Source: Octopus vulgaris (Eukaryota). Taken from it: DNA of 64,000 nucleotides. The DNA lies in assembly GCA_951406725.2 (NCBI GenBank), contig OX597815.1:209436001-209500000 (forward strand). The letters run 5' to 3'. A program made the position numbers and the translations under genes. The notes beneath the pieces are model-generated. The model was not told the origin of the DNA, did no database searches, and worked only from the letters and a program-made list of their open reading frames with translations. Below are positions 12,116-25,928 of the stretch, in pieces; the stretch's first letter is position 1; each line of letters begins with the position of its first letter.

Positions 12116-13200
12116 GTGTTCTTTGAGTGAAATAAAATAAAAAGCAGAAAATCGTAGGCCTTGTGAGGCAGAGATGATTGGTGATAATAAGAACTCTGAC
12201 AAGAATGGTAATGAATGTTTGTTGAGTTAGACTTTATTTATCCTACAGCATGAAAGCAAATATGATCATTTCAGGACTATTATAGTTTTTAGGGACACTT
12301 GAAGTGGGCAAAAATGGAACTGTACCAGAAATGAGTTTGCACCTCAACAAATCATTTCGTGTTTCTGCATTCCTGTTGGTTCTGACCTTACATATTCTTG
12401 GCAGGTTGTTTAACCCAATTTTGAAATAGCAGAGTTGTGATCAAAGACATTTCAGCCATGACCACACCGACTTTTTGTGCACCAAGGACTACATTTGTTA
12501 AACGTATTGTTTTTATGATGGTAGTATTTGGTTTGAGTGAGCAATCTCCCGATTACCAAAACGTATTGGGAATACAGTGTAACTTTGCTATTGGATACGG
12601 CCTTAATTTGCAAAACATTCGGCATTTTTGGTTCTGCAAAACCCAGGCAAAGAAAACGGCTTTTGCGGTCAATCAAAAGAATTAAAAAATTTAATTGACA
12701 AGCAGTCGTTTTGTAGAATTCTTAGGATCATTTGAACAATGGTTCTCAGACAATGCATCACAAGAGTTATTTAGGTGCACCATGGATTTTTGAAAATATG
12801 ATTTAAGACTTTAAAAAATTCTATATTAATCCTTGAATATCTAAAAAAATACGTTATTCATAATTGGCTCATATGCTGTTATGATTAAAAAACTAAGATA
12901 AATACTACATTTCTATATTTCTATTATTTTTATTATTTTTTCCAATGTTAAAAGTTGAAATATACTTTTGTTTAACTTTCCATGCAAAGTATGCTAGTCA
13001 TTTTCATTTTCTTTAATCTCCCGTGCGTTATTGATATTTTATTTAATCTCCAGTGCATCATGAAGTAAAAACAAAAAAAGAAAACAAAAGATTGAAATCG
13101 CTGCATTATTGCATTAGAGCTTCAGACAAAGATGACTACTTTCAGTGTACATATTTTGAGTTCGAATCCATTCCGAGTTTAACTTTGCTTTTCTTTCAAA

Positions 13201-13680
13201 GGGCGGAGGCGCGTGGCTTAGTGGTTAGGATGTTGAAATCATGATCGTAATGTTGTGGTTTCGATTCCTGGACCGGGCGATGCATTGTGTTCTTGAGCAA
13301 AACACTTCATTTTCACGTTGCTCCAGTCCACTCAGCTGGCAAAAAGGAGTAACGCTGCGACGGACCGGTGCCCCGTTCAGGTGTGGAATTACTCCGCCGC
13401 TGAAACCGGGAAACCGACCCTTATGAGCCTGGCAAGGCTCGAGAAAGAACATTTGTGGAGGCGCGTGGCTTAGTGGTTAGGGTGTTGAACTCATGATTGT
13501 GGTTTCGATTCCTGGACCGGGCGATGCGTTGTGTTATTGAGCAAAACACTTCATTTCACTCAGCTGGCAAAAATGAGTAATCCTGCGGCGGAGCGGCGTC
13601 CCGTCCCGGTGGGGGAATTTTTCCGTCACTATAACCGGGAAACTGGCCCTTATGAGCCTGGCATGGCTCGAGAAGGAATA
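13201..13680 (+). mobile_element. two tandem family C SINEs
   Basis: Heads GGAGGCGCGTGGCTTAGTGGTTAGG (A-box) and GGTTTCGATTCC (B-box) at ~13205 and ~13457. Both end in 'ccgggaaac..ccttatgagcctggc'. Confidence 0.8.
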
Positions 13681-13700
13681 TTTTTTTTTCGATAAAAAAA

Positions 13701-13820
13701 TATACACCTCGTCACACAAAAAACTTTGTCATGTACTGGTGTTGATATAATCAACTGGGCAAGAGTTGATTATATCAACACCAGTACATGACAAGGTTTT
13801 TTTTTGTGACGAGGTGTATA
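13701..13820. repeat. near-perfect palindrome, ~56-bp arms, 7-nt loop
   Basis: tatacacctcgtcac...tgatataatcaact / gggcaag / agttgattatatca...gtgacgaggtgtata. Confidence 0.9.
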
Positions 13821-14164
13821 TCATGGTCGTAAGGTTGTGATTTTGATTCCTGGACCGGGCTGCGTGTTGTGTTCTCGAGCAAAACACTTCATTTTCACGT
13901 TGCTCCAGTCAAAAAAAAATATATTCCTTCTCGAGCTGAGTGAACTGGAGAGACGTGAAATAAAATGTCTTGCTCAAGAACACAATACGCAGCCCGGTCC
14001 GGGATTCGAACTCACAACTTCACGATCGTAATCTCGACGCTCTAACCACTGAGCCATGCACCTTTACGATGAAGAGTAACATAGAGTAACAAACTGGTTC
14101 AGTTCAAATTCCACTTAAGGATTAAAATCCTATGATGACCATATCACCACCCCTCTAGTATCGA

Positions 14165-14275
14165 AGGCTTTCTTGCCCAGATTGGCCTCACCAGCCACCT
14201 CCGGTCTCATAGCAGCAATTCCACCAAGTGATGTCAATGGTCATCTTCGAACCCGAAGGACGAACATTATTATAA
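14165..14275 (+). mobile_element. short RTE LINE 3' end
   Basis: Reverse complement of 1312-1421, ending in (ATT)n. Confidence 0.75.
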
Positions 14276-14680
14276 TCAACTTTTCGTTTCCCACAAAATT
14301 TGTAACTTAGTACTTAAGTCAGAAATCGTTATTTTAATTTGGGAAAGCTATGAAAGTGGCGCAATATCAGAGTAATTAGAAAATTAGATAGAATGCCTTG
14401 TGATATTTATTCGAAATCCCTTTCTTTGAGTTCGAATCCTGCCGTGGTGAGTTTTACCTTTCATTCTTTTAGAGGTCGACGAAAACAAGGTATTTTGCTG
14501 TACCTATTCAAGTTCTCTGCATTCCATTCTGATAGTAACACCAGCGACAATACTGTTACAAAGTTGTATCAGCCGGCCTTTAGGTGGTGCCCTTTTCCAT
14601 GGGCAACGTTAGTGGTGTTCAAAGGTGAGATTTGAATCCACAAGAGACAGCAAATCTTGCACAAAAAACTTTTTCCAAAC

Positions 14681-14733
<53 letters not shown>

Positions 14734-14964
14734 AATGATTGACCCTGTCCAACAGAAGCCACTTGCAAACGGGGTAATGATATGACGTAAACCTTGTGAA
14801 CAGAATCTTGTTCTAGATTTTGCATTGAAATGTTGCTGGTATAAACATTTTCTGTCTGTCTTTCAAATTTCAAGAAGGTAATAATTAGTAATACATGACA
14901 GTCAATTCAGTGGATTCTGAATAAAATTACAAGAATATTTCTTAAGTTGCATACAATGAAGCAG

Positions 14965-15302
14965 TACTGAGACCCCCTTCGGTCATGACTGACCGTGGGA
15001 TTGCACCTAGAAAGTTACCCTCCCAGGCACAAGTCCGGGCAAGGTTGTTTATGGAAGACCAGCAGTCGCCCATGCATATTAGCTTCCCCTCTCCACACCA
15101 CTGATGTTATCCAAGGGAAAGACAAAGGCCGATACAGCTTGGCATCTGCGACGTCGCAACTCATTTCTACAGGTGAGTGAACTGGAGCAACGTGAAATAA
15201 AGTGTTTTGCTAAAGAACAAAACACGCAGCACGGTCCGGGATTCGAACTCACAACCTCACGATCGTAAGCTCGATGCTCTAACCACCGAGCTATGCGCCT
15301 TC
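14965..15302 (-). mobile_element. SINE with family C-like head and a distinct 3' body
   Basis: Flanked by 12-bp TSD ACAATGAAGCAG (14953-14964 / 15303-15314). tRNA-like A/B boxes at ~15235-15300. Confidence 0.8.
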
Positions 15303-15567
15303 ACAATGAAGCAGCATAACATGGAGTAACAAACTGGTTCAGTTCAAATTCCACTTAAGGACTAAAATCCTATTATGATCATATCATCGTCCCTCTAGTA
15401 TCGAATGAAGACGTCCTATCGATACATGGACAATAAGAGATTGTAGCACCAGCATCTCCCTGTACATGAACAAACTTCTCATGATCTCAAAACGATTGTG
15501 TTGAGGTTACATGGACATTAAAGTGTAAGCATCATTTTGAGGATCGAATTCAAAATTCCTTACCAAT

Positions 15568-15980
15568 AGGTGCAGGGCTGGTCGTGTGGTAAGTAGCTTG
15601 GTTACCAACCACATGGTTCCGGGTTCAGTCCCACTGCGTGGCACCTTGGGCAAGTGTCTTCTGCTATAGCCCCAGGCCGACCAATGCTTTGTGAGTAGAT
15701 TTTGGTTGAAGGAAACTGAAAGAAGCCCGTCGTATATGTGTAAATGTATATATATGTGTATGTGTGTTTGTGTGTCTGTGTTTGTCCCTCCACCATCGCT
15801 TGACAACAGATACTGGTGTGTTTACGTCCCCGTAACCTAGCGGTTCGGCAAAAGAGACTGATAGAGTAAGTACTATGCTTACAAAGAATAAATCCTGGGG
15901 TCGATTTGCTCGACTAAAAGGCGGTGCTCCAGCATGGCCGCAGTCAAATGACTGAAACAAGTAAAAGAGTAAAAAAGAGT
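15568..15980 (+). mobile_element. family A SINE, full length
   Basis: tRNA-like head, internal (TA/TG)n tract, 3' 'gcagtcaaatgactgaaacaa(gtaaaaga)n'. Confidence 0.85.
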
Positions 15981-16084
15981 ACACCAATGAAACTCACTAA
16001 CAAATTGCTCCTGGGTTTCCAGAAATTTCCTAAATTTCCATATCCACAAAGAAACACCACCACCACCAACGTCAGGGTCATATA

Positions 16085-17785
16085 TATACTTCTTTATTGC
16101 CCACAAAGGGCTAAACATAGAGGGAACAAACAAGGACAGACAAAGGGATTAAGTCAATTACATCGACCCCAGTGCATGACTGGTACTTTATTTATCGACC
16201 CCGAAAGGAAAAAAAGGCAAAGTCGATCTCGGCGGAATTTGAATTCGAACGTAACGGCAGACGAAATACCTGTTTCTTTACTACCCACAATGCGCTAAAC
16301 ACAGAGGGGACAAACAAGGACAGACAAAGGGATTAAGTCAATTACATCGACCCAGTGCATGACTGGTACTTTATTTATCGACCCCGAAAGGAAAAAAGGC
16401 AAAGTCGATCTCGGCGGAATTTGAATTCGGAACGTAACGGCAGACGAAATACCTGTTTCTTTACTACCCACAATGGGCTAAACACAGAGGGGACAAACAA
16501 GGACAGACAAAGGGATTAAGTCAATTACATCGACCCAGTGCATGACTGGTACTTTATTTATCGACCCCGAAAGGAAAAAAGGCAAAGTCGATCTCGGCGG
16601 AATTTGAATTCGGAACGTAACGGCAGACGAAATACCTGTTTCTTTACTACCCACAATGGGCTAAACACAGAGGGGACAAACAAGGACAGACAAAGGGATT
16701 AAGTCAATTACATCGACCCAGTGCATGACTGGTACTTTATTTATCGACCCCGAAAGGAAAAAAGGCAAAGTTGATCTCGGCGGAATTTGAATTCGGAACG
16801 TAACGGCAGACGAAATACCTGTTTCTTTACTACCCACAATGGGCTAAACACAGAGGGGACAAACAAGGACAGACAAAGGGATTAAGTCAATTACATAGAC
16901 CCAGTGCATGACTGGTACTTTATTTATCGACCCCGAAAGGAAAAAAGGCAAAGTCGATCTCGGCGGAATTTGAATTCGGAACGTAACGGCAGACGAAATA
17001 CCTGTTTCTTTACTACCCACAATGGGCTAAACACAGAGGGGACAAACAAGGACAGACAAAGGGATTAAGTCAATTACATCGACCCAGTGCATGACTGGTA
17101 CTTTATTTATCGACCCCGAAAGGAAAAAAGGCAAAGTCGATCTCGGCGGAATTTGAATTCGGAACGTAACGGCAGACGAAATACCTGTTTCTTTACTACC
17201 CACAATGGGCTAAACACAGAGGGGACAAACAAGGACAGACAAAGGGATTAAGTCAATTACATCGACCCAGTGCATGACTGGTACTTTATTTATCGACCCC
17301 GAAAGGAAAAAGGCAAAGTCGATCTTGGTGGAATTTGAATTCGGAACGTAACGGCAGACGAAATACCTATTTCTTTACTACCCACAATGGGCTAAACACA
17401 GAGGGGACAAACAAGGATAGACAAAGGGATTAAGTCAATTACATCGACCCAGTGCATGACTGGTACTTTATTTATCGACCCCGAAAGGAAAAAAGGCGAA
17501 GTCGATCTCGGTGGAATTTGAACTCGGAACGTCACGGCAGACGAAATACCTATTTCTTTACTACCCACAATGGGCTAAACACAGAGGGGACAAACAAGGA
17601 CAGACAAAGGGATTAAGTCGATTACATCGACCCCAGTGCGTAACTGGTACTTAATCTATCGACCCCGAAAGGATGAAAGGCAAAGTTGACCTCGGCGGAA
17701 TTTGAACTCGGAACGTAACGGCAGACGAAATACCGCTAAGCATTTCGCCCGGCGCACTAACGTTTCTGCCAGCTCCTCGCCGCCT
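16085..17785 (-). repeat. tandem array of nine ~183-bp units of family M SINE body with a single head
   Basis: Unit starts at 16100, 16284, 16467, 16650, 16833, 17016, 17199, 17381 and 17564. Head at ~17733-17785. TSD CGTCAGGGTCATATA at 16070-16084 and 17786-17800. Confidence 0.95.
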
Positions 17786-18519
17786 CGTCAGGGTCATATA
17801 AAGATGAGACGATCGAGACTGATATCGATTTGGTCATAGATCTCTTTCTTCATCACAGGTCTGTTGAGGGTGATCAGATGCAAAAAACACAACCTACAAC
17901 AAAAACAAAAACAACAACATCCCTTCACATATTGAACAATAGATGGATCTCTGCTTCAAATTACTGCTCATAAATCTTGGAGTTCATCAACTATTATAAA
18001 GTAAGACACTATTTACCTGTCATTCGATGTGACTTATTAATTATTTCATCTATTTAATTATTTATATATACATGTATTTACATGTGTATATATTTATTTT
18101 TTTTATCCTTATATTTTTTCAATGCTATGTTTTTATTTCTTTTTTTTTTTATTATTTTGTCTTGTTACTAGTTTATTCACTTGACTAAGAATGTCTGCTG
18201 TTGTTTGCTTTTTTCCACTCCCTCTTCCTAAGGCCGCTAACCCAGTCATTACATGGATACACACGTGTTTACATAGATCATTAACCACACATATATCTAT
18301 AAAAAGCAGCACAAAAATAAAAAATAAGACTATGTGTGTGCACAGAGGTGATCAGACAAGAGAGAGAGAGAGCGAGAGAGCGAGAATAAAAGTAGTAAAA
18401 AACCAACAGGAAAACAGACAAAATAAAATGAAACGCATGCATTATTATTATGTAGCTAGCATAATAAATATTATTTTTTCATATATATAATCACTAACAC
18501 ACAAAAATGTGTGTCAGTG

Positions 18520-18521
<2 letters not shown>

Positions 18522-18587
<66 letters not shown>

Positions 18588-18600
18588 CCTACCTACCTAC

Positions 18601-18639
<39 letters not shown>

Positions 18640-18664
18640 CCTACCTACCTACCTACCTACCTAC

Positions 18665-18703
<39 letters not shown>

Positions 18704-18724
18704 CCTACCTACCTACCTACCTAC

Positions 18725-18779
<55 letters not shown>

Positions 18780-18796
18780 CCTACCTACCTACCTAC

Positions 18797-18860
<64 letters not shown>

Positions 18861-19315
18861 ATCTATCTATCTATCTATCTACCTACCTACCTATCTATCT
18901 ATCTATCTATCTACCTACCTACCTATCTATCCATCTATCTATCTATCTATGCATATTGTGAGTGTGTATATATATCTATATGTATATATATGTGTGTGTG
19001 TGTGTGTGTACATATATGTATACGCACACATATATATGTATACACACATGTATATAAATATATATATATATACACATATATGTATACACACAGCTATACG
19101 CACATATACATACAGTATATACAGGGATGCATGTATATGTGTTTGAGTGTATATATTTGTGCTTGTATAGATACATATATGTATACATATAATGACTTAT
19201 ATATATGCATACATATTATAGGCATATACATATATACACATACATACATACACATAATATGTTCATACACACACATACAAAATAGAATACAAATCTAGTC
19301 CTATATGCATGCACA

Positions 19316-19349
<34 letters not shown>

Positions 19350-19566
19350 CAGACACATACATACATATACATACATATACATACATACATCTACACACAC
19401 ATATGCATATTATAGGCATATACATATATACACATACATACATACACATAATATGTTCATACACATACACACACATACAAAATAGAATAGAAAGCTAGTC
19501 ATAAATGCATACACATATATGTGTATATATATATATACAGACACATACACACATATACATACATAC

Positions 19567-19597
<31 letters not shown>

Positions 19598-20111
19598 TTC
19601 TACTCATCCCAGCCGTTGCCTAAAAATCCAAAAAGCTAATTCTACAGTTCCTCAGCTGTGTTCTTTTTATCGTCTGATTCACTCGCCATAGAACTTTATG
19701 AAAAAATCTATTATTATAGCTAACTGCTCTGCGTTCTGGACTGTTTAACATGGTTACCGCGCTTTTAAAGAGCTTCAATGCACTGCAACACCACTTAAAC
19801 AAATAACTTATAAGGTGGTTTAACAAAATATATATATTGCAACACGAAGATGTCACGAAAAACGATGAAACAATAACAAGTTTAGAGATGACTGCACACA
19901 CAGCCACACACATATATACACACATGTATACACTGAAAAAATGTGTATACATATGTATGTGTGTTTGTATGTATGCATATATACACAAAGACATATGTAT
20001 GCATGTATACGTAAAGACGTGTATGCATATACATCTATATATGTATATATGTATGTATATCTATACATGTATGCATGTATACATATATATATATATATAG
20101 ATATGTATGTA

Positions 20112-20142
<31 letters not shown>

Positions 20143-20268
20143 ATATATATGTGTATTCATATATATATATGTATGTGTATATATATATATTTATATATAT
20201 GTATGCATGCATATATATATGCATGCATATTTATTATATACATATATATATATATACATATGCATATA

Positions 20269-20306
<38 letters not shown>

Positions 20307-20449
20307 CATGCATATATATATATATATATATGCATGCATATATTTATTTATATATATATATATATTGTACATATATATATGTATGCATATATATATGTAT
20401 GCATGTATATATATATATATATATATATACATATGTATATATAGATATG

Positions 20450-20491
<42 letters not shown>

Positions 20492-21031
20492 GTATATATA
20501 GATATGTATATATAATATATATATATATATATATTATACATATATATATATATATGCATATATATATATGTGTGTGTGTGTGTGTGTATATATATGCATG
20601 TAGGTTTGCATCTATGTATATATACATGTATACATATATGCTTATATATAGGCATATATGCATACATTCATGTACAAGTACATATCCATGTATAGACATG
20701 TGTATACATACACATATAAATTCTATGTTTATTTACACACAATCACACACTCCTACACATATATAATCTATATTTATATAGGTCTCCCAATAAATAAATA
20801 AATCCATGCTTACCTATTTATGCATGCACACAATTATACACACATAAGTGTGTGCACACAAATATACATTGGTGCATACATACATGTTTATGTATAAATC
20901 AATACAATCTTAACATGCACATATCAATATATCTATGTATGCATCAGAATATTTTATATATGTATATATATATTTATATATGTAAATAATATATACCTAT
21001 GTGAATGTTTATATGAATATGGTTGTATTTA

Positions 21032-21069
<38 letters not shown>

Positions 21070-21141
21070 TGTGTGTGTGTATGCAAGTATATATTTGTAT
21101 ATGTATGCATATATATATATACATATAATATGTATGCATAC

Positions 21142-21189
<48 letters not shown>

Positions 21190-21190
21190 C
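18522..21190. repeat. compound microsatellite field ((TCTA/CCTA)n, (TA)n, (CA)n) with a unique island at ~19600-19900
   Basis: Directly visible. It accounts for all the YLSI/IYIY ORFs here. Confidence 0.95.
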
Positions 21191-23010
21191 CATGAGTCTA
21201 GTTTTATTCATGCACAAGGTAGTCATTTCTATGCTGTGTGAATCATTGATTATTTTCTGTATTAAACAAGAAAATAAAAAAAAAATTATAAAAATGATAA
21301 TAAAACAAAAGCATTCTTTTAATGGGAAGACTTCCTCTTCACTTTGATGTAGCAGCGACAAAAACAACAACAACAAAAACTGCAAAAGAAACAAACACAT
21401 AAAACTATGCAAAACAAAACAAAAAAATAACTTCGCTGACTTCCATGCAAGCTTTCTATCATAACTTTTAAATGAGGGGGAAAAATAGATAATTATTTAT
21501 TTACTCTCAAATCCTCAGTTACAGTAAAAATATTGCTGTTTTTCCTTTCTTTTTTATGCATCTGATAATCTGAGATTCTAATTTTATCAAGAACTACTGG
21601 TTTCTTATAGCTCAAGAGATTATAGAGCTTGTTTATAATTGCAAAAGTTAAAACAAAAATATTATCTCGATATTGATGGCCTTCTAAAGTTGATATAGGC
21701 AGCAGTTTAAGGCGCTCGACGACCAAATCACGACTATTCGTATACATATATATCAGAGACATTTTAGATTATTGATCCAACGTTGGAATCTCCACATAGT
21801 CGCTTGGCTTAACAGAATGAGAAGCGAAATCTTCTTCAAATCCAACTCTATTGCATTAAAAAAAAAAATGATAGTAGCAGTTACGTTGGATAACGAACGA
21901 GAGTTTTACATACACCATGTCTGTGAAAAGATGTGTTGTTCATGGTTAGTAAACCTTTGATCATGGCTCAGCTCACTTAAGCCTGACTTTGGAATAAACG
22001 ACAGCCACAACAACGCAAAGAACAACAATAACAATTCATATTATCATACCAAGTGTGGTTGGAAATAAGTATCCTTACTTTTCAAGAATATTCCCTACAA
22101 CAGCGGAATAATTTTTCTGGTCCATTTGATAATTCAGAACTCATAGCTAAATATTGACTTTATGAACATCTGTGTCTGATGCTATGGAAACTTTTTACCA
22201 TTATCATATTGATTGTCAGAGCTACAATTGCTGTAATTAGCCAATAGAGAAGGTATATGCTCACAGTGATCTGCTGCCACCTGCTGATTGTTTCACATAG
22301 CTGCCATTCTACTTTTTATAAAAGCATTAGCAAACAATAATCTCATCAGATATCTGAGTCTCAAAAGGGAAATCTTACAAATTTAAACCATAATGTATGT
22401 ACTGTTGCCCAGAAGGAAGATGTAACAGAGTAACAAAAGATATTTATGTGCTCAACTATTAACAGTTGGGGGGGTCCATTATCGAAGCTGACTCCAAAGA
22501 CGGCTTCAACAAGAGTGATCCAGATTCTAATGGCCAGCTACTGGAAGCTTCTATTTAAAATGCAAGTATTAACAGCAGGTCTGTAGCAGGTATTTGCCAT
22601 CAAGAAGTCGCTTCACTTTATGCTTAAACCTCTTTTATCGGCTCCGAGTGGTGTACATTTTGTCAAATACTGCAGTTGAAATAATCTATCTCCTTTATTG
22701 ATGGTGATATGTTTTGGTTTTGTTTTTGGAGGAGGTGGGGAAGCTTTCACTTAAACAGTTGAACCAATGAGGAGGCCTCTGTATAGTAATTCTACAAATA
22801 AGAAACAATCTCTCTCTCATGTCACATCCTACTCTCTCATAAAAAGAAAGACACACTGGAAATTGTATACCTGATAAATAATAAGATAGGAAGGTCATGG
22901 CTGGCATGCTTTTGATCATAGGTTTCTTAATTAGGGGTGATCTGGATCTAATAATAATAATAAGAATAAAAATAATGATGATGATAATGATAATAATAAT
23001 GATGATGATG

Positions 23011-23065
<55 letters not shown>

Positions 23066-23080
23066 TAATAATGATAATAA

Positions 23081-23385
23081 GGATCTCTAGGAATGATAAA
23101 AAAAGGTACTGAAACCTATTTGAAAATGATTCCAGGCTTACCATCCCTACAGGAAGTGCAAAAAATCGTATTAACTGGAACGGCTCATGTACTGAGAAGA
23201 GCACTATCGTTGTGAATATAACATCCATCCATGAATTTATTTATTTATTAATTTTTAAATACATATGTTATCTGTGAATTTGTGCGTGTAATCTGGGAAT
23301 GCATACAATGCCCTTCTCGGCCCTAGGTGTATGGAAAACACTCGGCGAGAAACGGAAGAAAATTTGAAGAAAGAAGGAAAAAACA
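23081..23385 (+). mobile_element. Dong/R4-clade non-LTR 3' end in (TAA)n
   Basis: GSLGMIKKGTETYLKMIPGLPSLQEVQKIVLTGTAHVLRRALS followed by a 3'UTR. (AAT)n on both sides. Confidence 0.8.
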
Positions 23386-23390
23386 TGATG

Positions 23391-23435
<45 letters not shown>

Positions 23436-23555
23436 GCTGTTATGTTAGTGGTTGAAACTGAAGGTAAAACTACTTTCCTGGTCCACAAACATCAAGGAGG
23501 GAAACCTCTACATTATGTTCTAGAAAAGAATGAGATAACTATGGAGGGAATGTGA

Positions 23556-23980
23556 TCTGTGTGGTAAGTAGCTTGCTTACCAACCACATGGTTCTGGGTT
23601 CAGTCCCACTGTGTGGCACCTTGGGCAAGTGTCTTCTACTATAGCCTTGGGCTGACTAAAGCTTTGTGAGTGGATTTGGTAGACGGAAACTGAAAGAAGC
23701 CCGTCGTATATATGTATGTGTATATGCATATATATATATGTGTGTGTGTATGTGTATATACGTTTGTGTGTCTGTGTTTCTCCCCTAACATCGCTTGACA
23801 ACTGATGCTGGTGTGTTTACGTCCCTGTAACTTAGTGGTTCGGCAAAAGAGACCGATAGAATAAGTACTAGGCTTACAAAGAATAAGTCCTGGGGTCGAT
23901 TTGCTCGACTAAAAAGGCGGTGCTCCAGCATGGCCGCAGTCAAATGACTGAAACAAGTAAAAGAGTAAAAGGGTAAGAGC
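23556..23980 (+). mobile_element. family A SINE
   Basis: Same consensus as 15568-15980. Confidence 0.85.
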
Positions 23981-24896
23981 CTTCTTGATCTGAGCTGACT
24001 TGGTGATGAATAACAACAAGAGTTATGATAAAAAATTGGACTGAATCACGTTTGCTGTTGTGAGACGATGTGAAACATTATTTTTCTACAAGCGAACTCA
24101 GATGACTTTTACCAAAATTCTTCTTCTCAATCTTTTTTTGCAACGAGTAGGCTTCCATAGCAATGGCTAATGTCCTCCTTCATCTTTGCTTCTCTAACGG
24201 TGACCAGCAAACCTTAATATGAAACGTTAAAAGAAGATAAATAGCTATTGATTGTGATTCTTTACAACTGTATTTCCATTACAGATGAGCAAGTATATCG
24301 ATCGATCCCTACTATCAGCTTGCTGTCAATATTAACAACCAGAATTTAAAGCTCATTCATCATTACTAAGGTTCTTAAAGTCTTAAAACATAGATTAAGG
24401 ATTGATTGGTTCCTATGTTCCGGAGAGGACCAATATCTTCGCTTTGTTCACAAAAATGTCATACTTAAGTCATATTCACAGCCATTCTAATTCACTTAGG
24501 AATAATATCAAATTTTAAATCCATGCCTATGTTAAAGATTATTATTTTTATCATTATTGTTGTTCTTGTTCTTGTTGATTTACTGAGACGTATTGCACAC
24601 AGCCCTCGTACGTTAGTTGTTATTTATATTGTTACATACTTATACATTGAACATTTGTTATCGTTATATTGATAAACTGACCAGGACCTTAGGGGGCTGG
24701 TTAGTTTTTCTCCATCTTTAGCTCTTAAGGGGTTCAATTTTTGTTTAAAAAGGTAGGAATGTGAACGAAGATTGTTTGTCTGTTGAAAAGAACAGCCAGT
24801 TACCCGCAGAACAGAACTGCCAAATTGTAAAAGTCAGTGACAGCAACAGCAGCAGTAACAACATCAAGAGCAACAACAGCAACAGCAGCAGCAACA

Positions 24897-25400
24897 GTGG
24901 AGACGCAATGGCCCAGTGGTTAGGGCAGTGGACTCGCGGTCGTAAGAACGCGGTTTCGATTACCAGACTGGGCATTGTGAGTGTTTATTGAGCAAAAACA
25001 CCTAAGCTCCGGCGGGGAGGGGCAGGTGAACCCTGCTGTACTCCTTCACCACAACTTTCTCTCACTCTTTCTTCCTATTTCTACCACAAAGCAGAGGGAC
25101 CATGGTGTAACCCACTATGGTGTGGTAAACTTTCAGACTCTAGTCTAGATTGCAAATCCTCTGTACCCCAGAATGGTTCAGCTCTCCACCCGTTAAAAGC
25201 CACCGTTTACGGTATGAGGGTAACAACGTAGCTTTCACGCCCGTGCAACTGCCAGTCTATCGCGTGTGGTGGGTGGATCTTCAAGTTGTCACACACATTC
25301 TTTGTAGCTTAGAGTAGGCTCGAATTAGAGATTATTCTTTGTGGCTAATGGTGTGAGTCCTGATTGGAAGAAGAAGAACAAGAAGAACAACAACAACAAC
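24897..25400 (+). mobile_element. family B SINE head with a unique 3' body and (GAA)n tail
   Basis: GGAGACGCAATGGCCCAGTGGTTAGGGCAG head shared with the elements at 29030, 35220 and 54708. Confidence 0.65.
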
Positions 25401-25928
25401 ACAACACGGGAAATATATGAAATATATTTTTCCGCTACTAAAAATTTCAGTACCACCATCGCAGGAACAAAAAAAAAGACCAAGGGAAACAAAACAACAC
25501 TAGCAAGAACACTGCCATCTGCACCACTACCACTGCCAGTTGCAATAGAAAAGTCACCACCATCAACATTATTAACAAAAAACAAAAACAAAAAAGAACT
25601 AGAAAAAAGAAAAAAACCCGAACCGTGTAAATATGCTGTTAGTGGTTTCGCTGATACGATGTGGTAAATAATTTAAAAAAATATTTATAAATGTAAAAAA
25701 TTTAAAAGTGCAAAATGTATGGTGGAGAAATGTAGCACTGAATATTCCTTGATCTTCGTCGGAATTTGAACCCAGAATGTAAAGATGTGTGAAATGCCTC
25801 TAAGTGTTTTGCCGAGTGTGCTAACGATTCTGCCAGATCACCGCCCCGATAATAATAATAATGATAATAATAATAATAACAATAACAACAACAACAACAA
25901 CAACAACAATAATAATAATAATAATATA

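Larger units (their letters stand above)
22200..24330 (-). mobile_element. possible very decayed LTR-retrotransposon (gypsy-like) integrase, split by later insertions
   Basis: Colinear weak motifs RTLAIAMEAY (cf. LxIAHEGH), DGKYLL...KLPV, SFDNGPPQ (cf. SDNGPQF), LANYS. Confidence 0.3.

Noticed and set aside
12150-12800. Coding-like remnant
   Set aside because: No family motif could be recognised on either strand.
13205-13275. Genuine tRNA genes at SINE heads
   Set aside because: They have A/B boxes but continue into SINE bodies and occur as diverged dispersed copies.
15930-15970. Hammerhead in the family A SINE tail (AGTC..GACT GAAAC AA GTA)
   Set aside because: No CUGANGA-like 5' core or stem I; better explained as a 3' stem-loop.
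16085-17785. CRISPR-like array
   Set aside because: Units are contiguous near-identical SINE bodies with no unique spacers, and the context is eukaryotic.
17800-18010. Plus-strand exon ending at AAA|GTAAGA (18001)
   Set aside because: Frames contain stops, there is no recognisable homology, and the segment is interrupted by the SINE array.
18507-21241. Long ORFs (YLSI/IYIY), also MYVC/HTYI ORFs at 46.4-48.2 kb and 52.8-53.3 kb
   Set aside because: They are translations of stop-free microsatellites.
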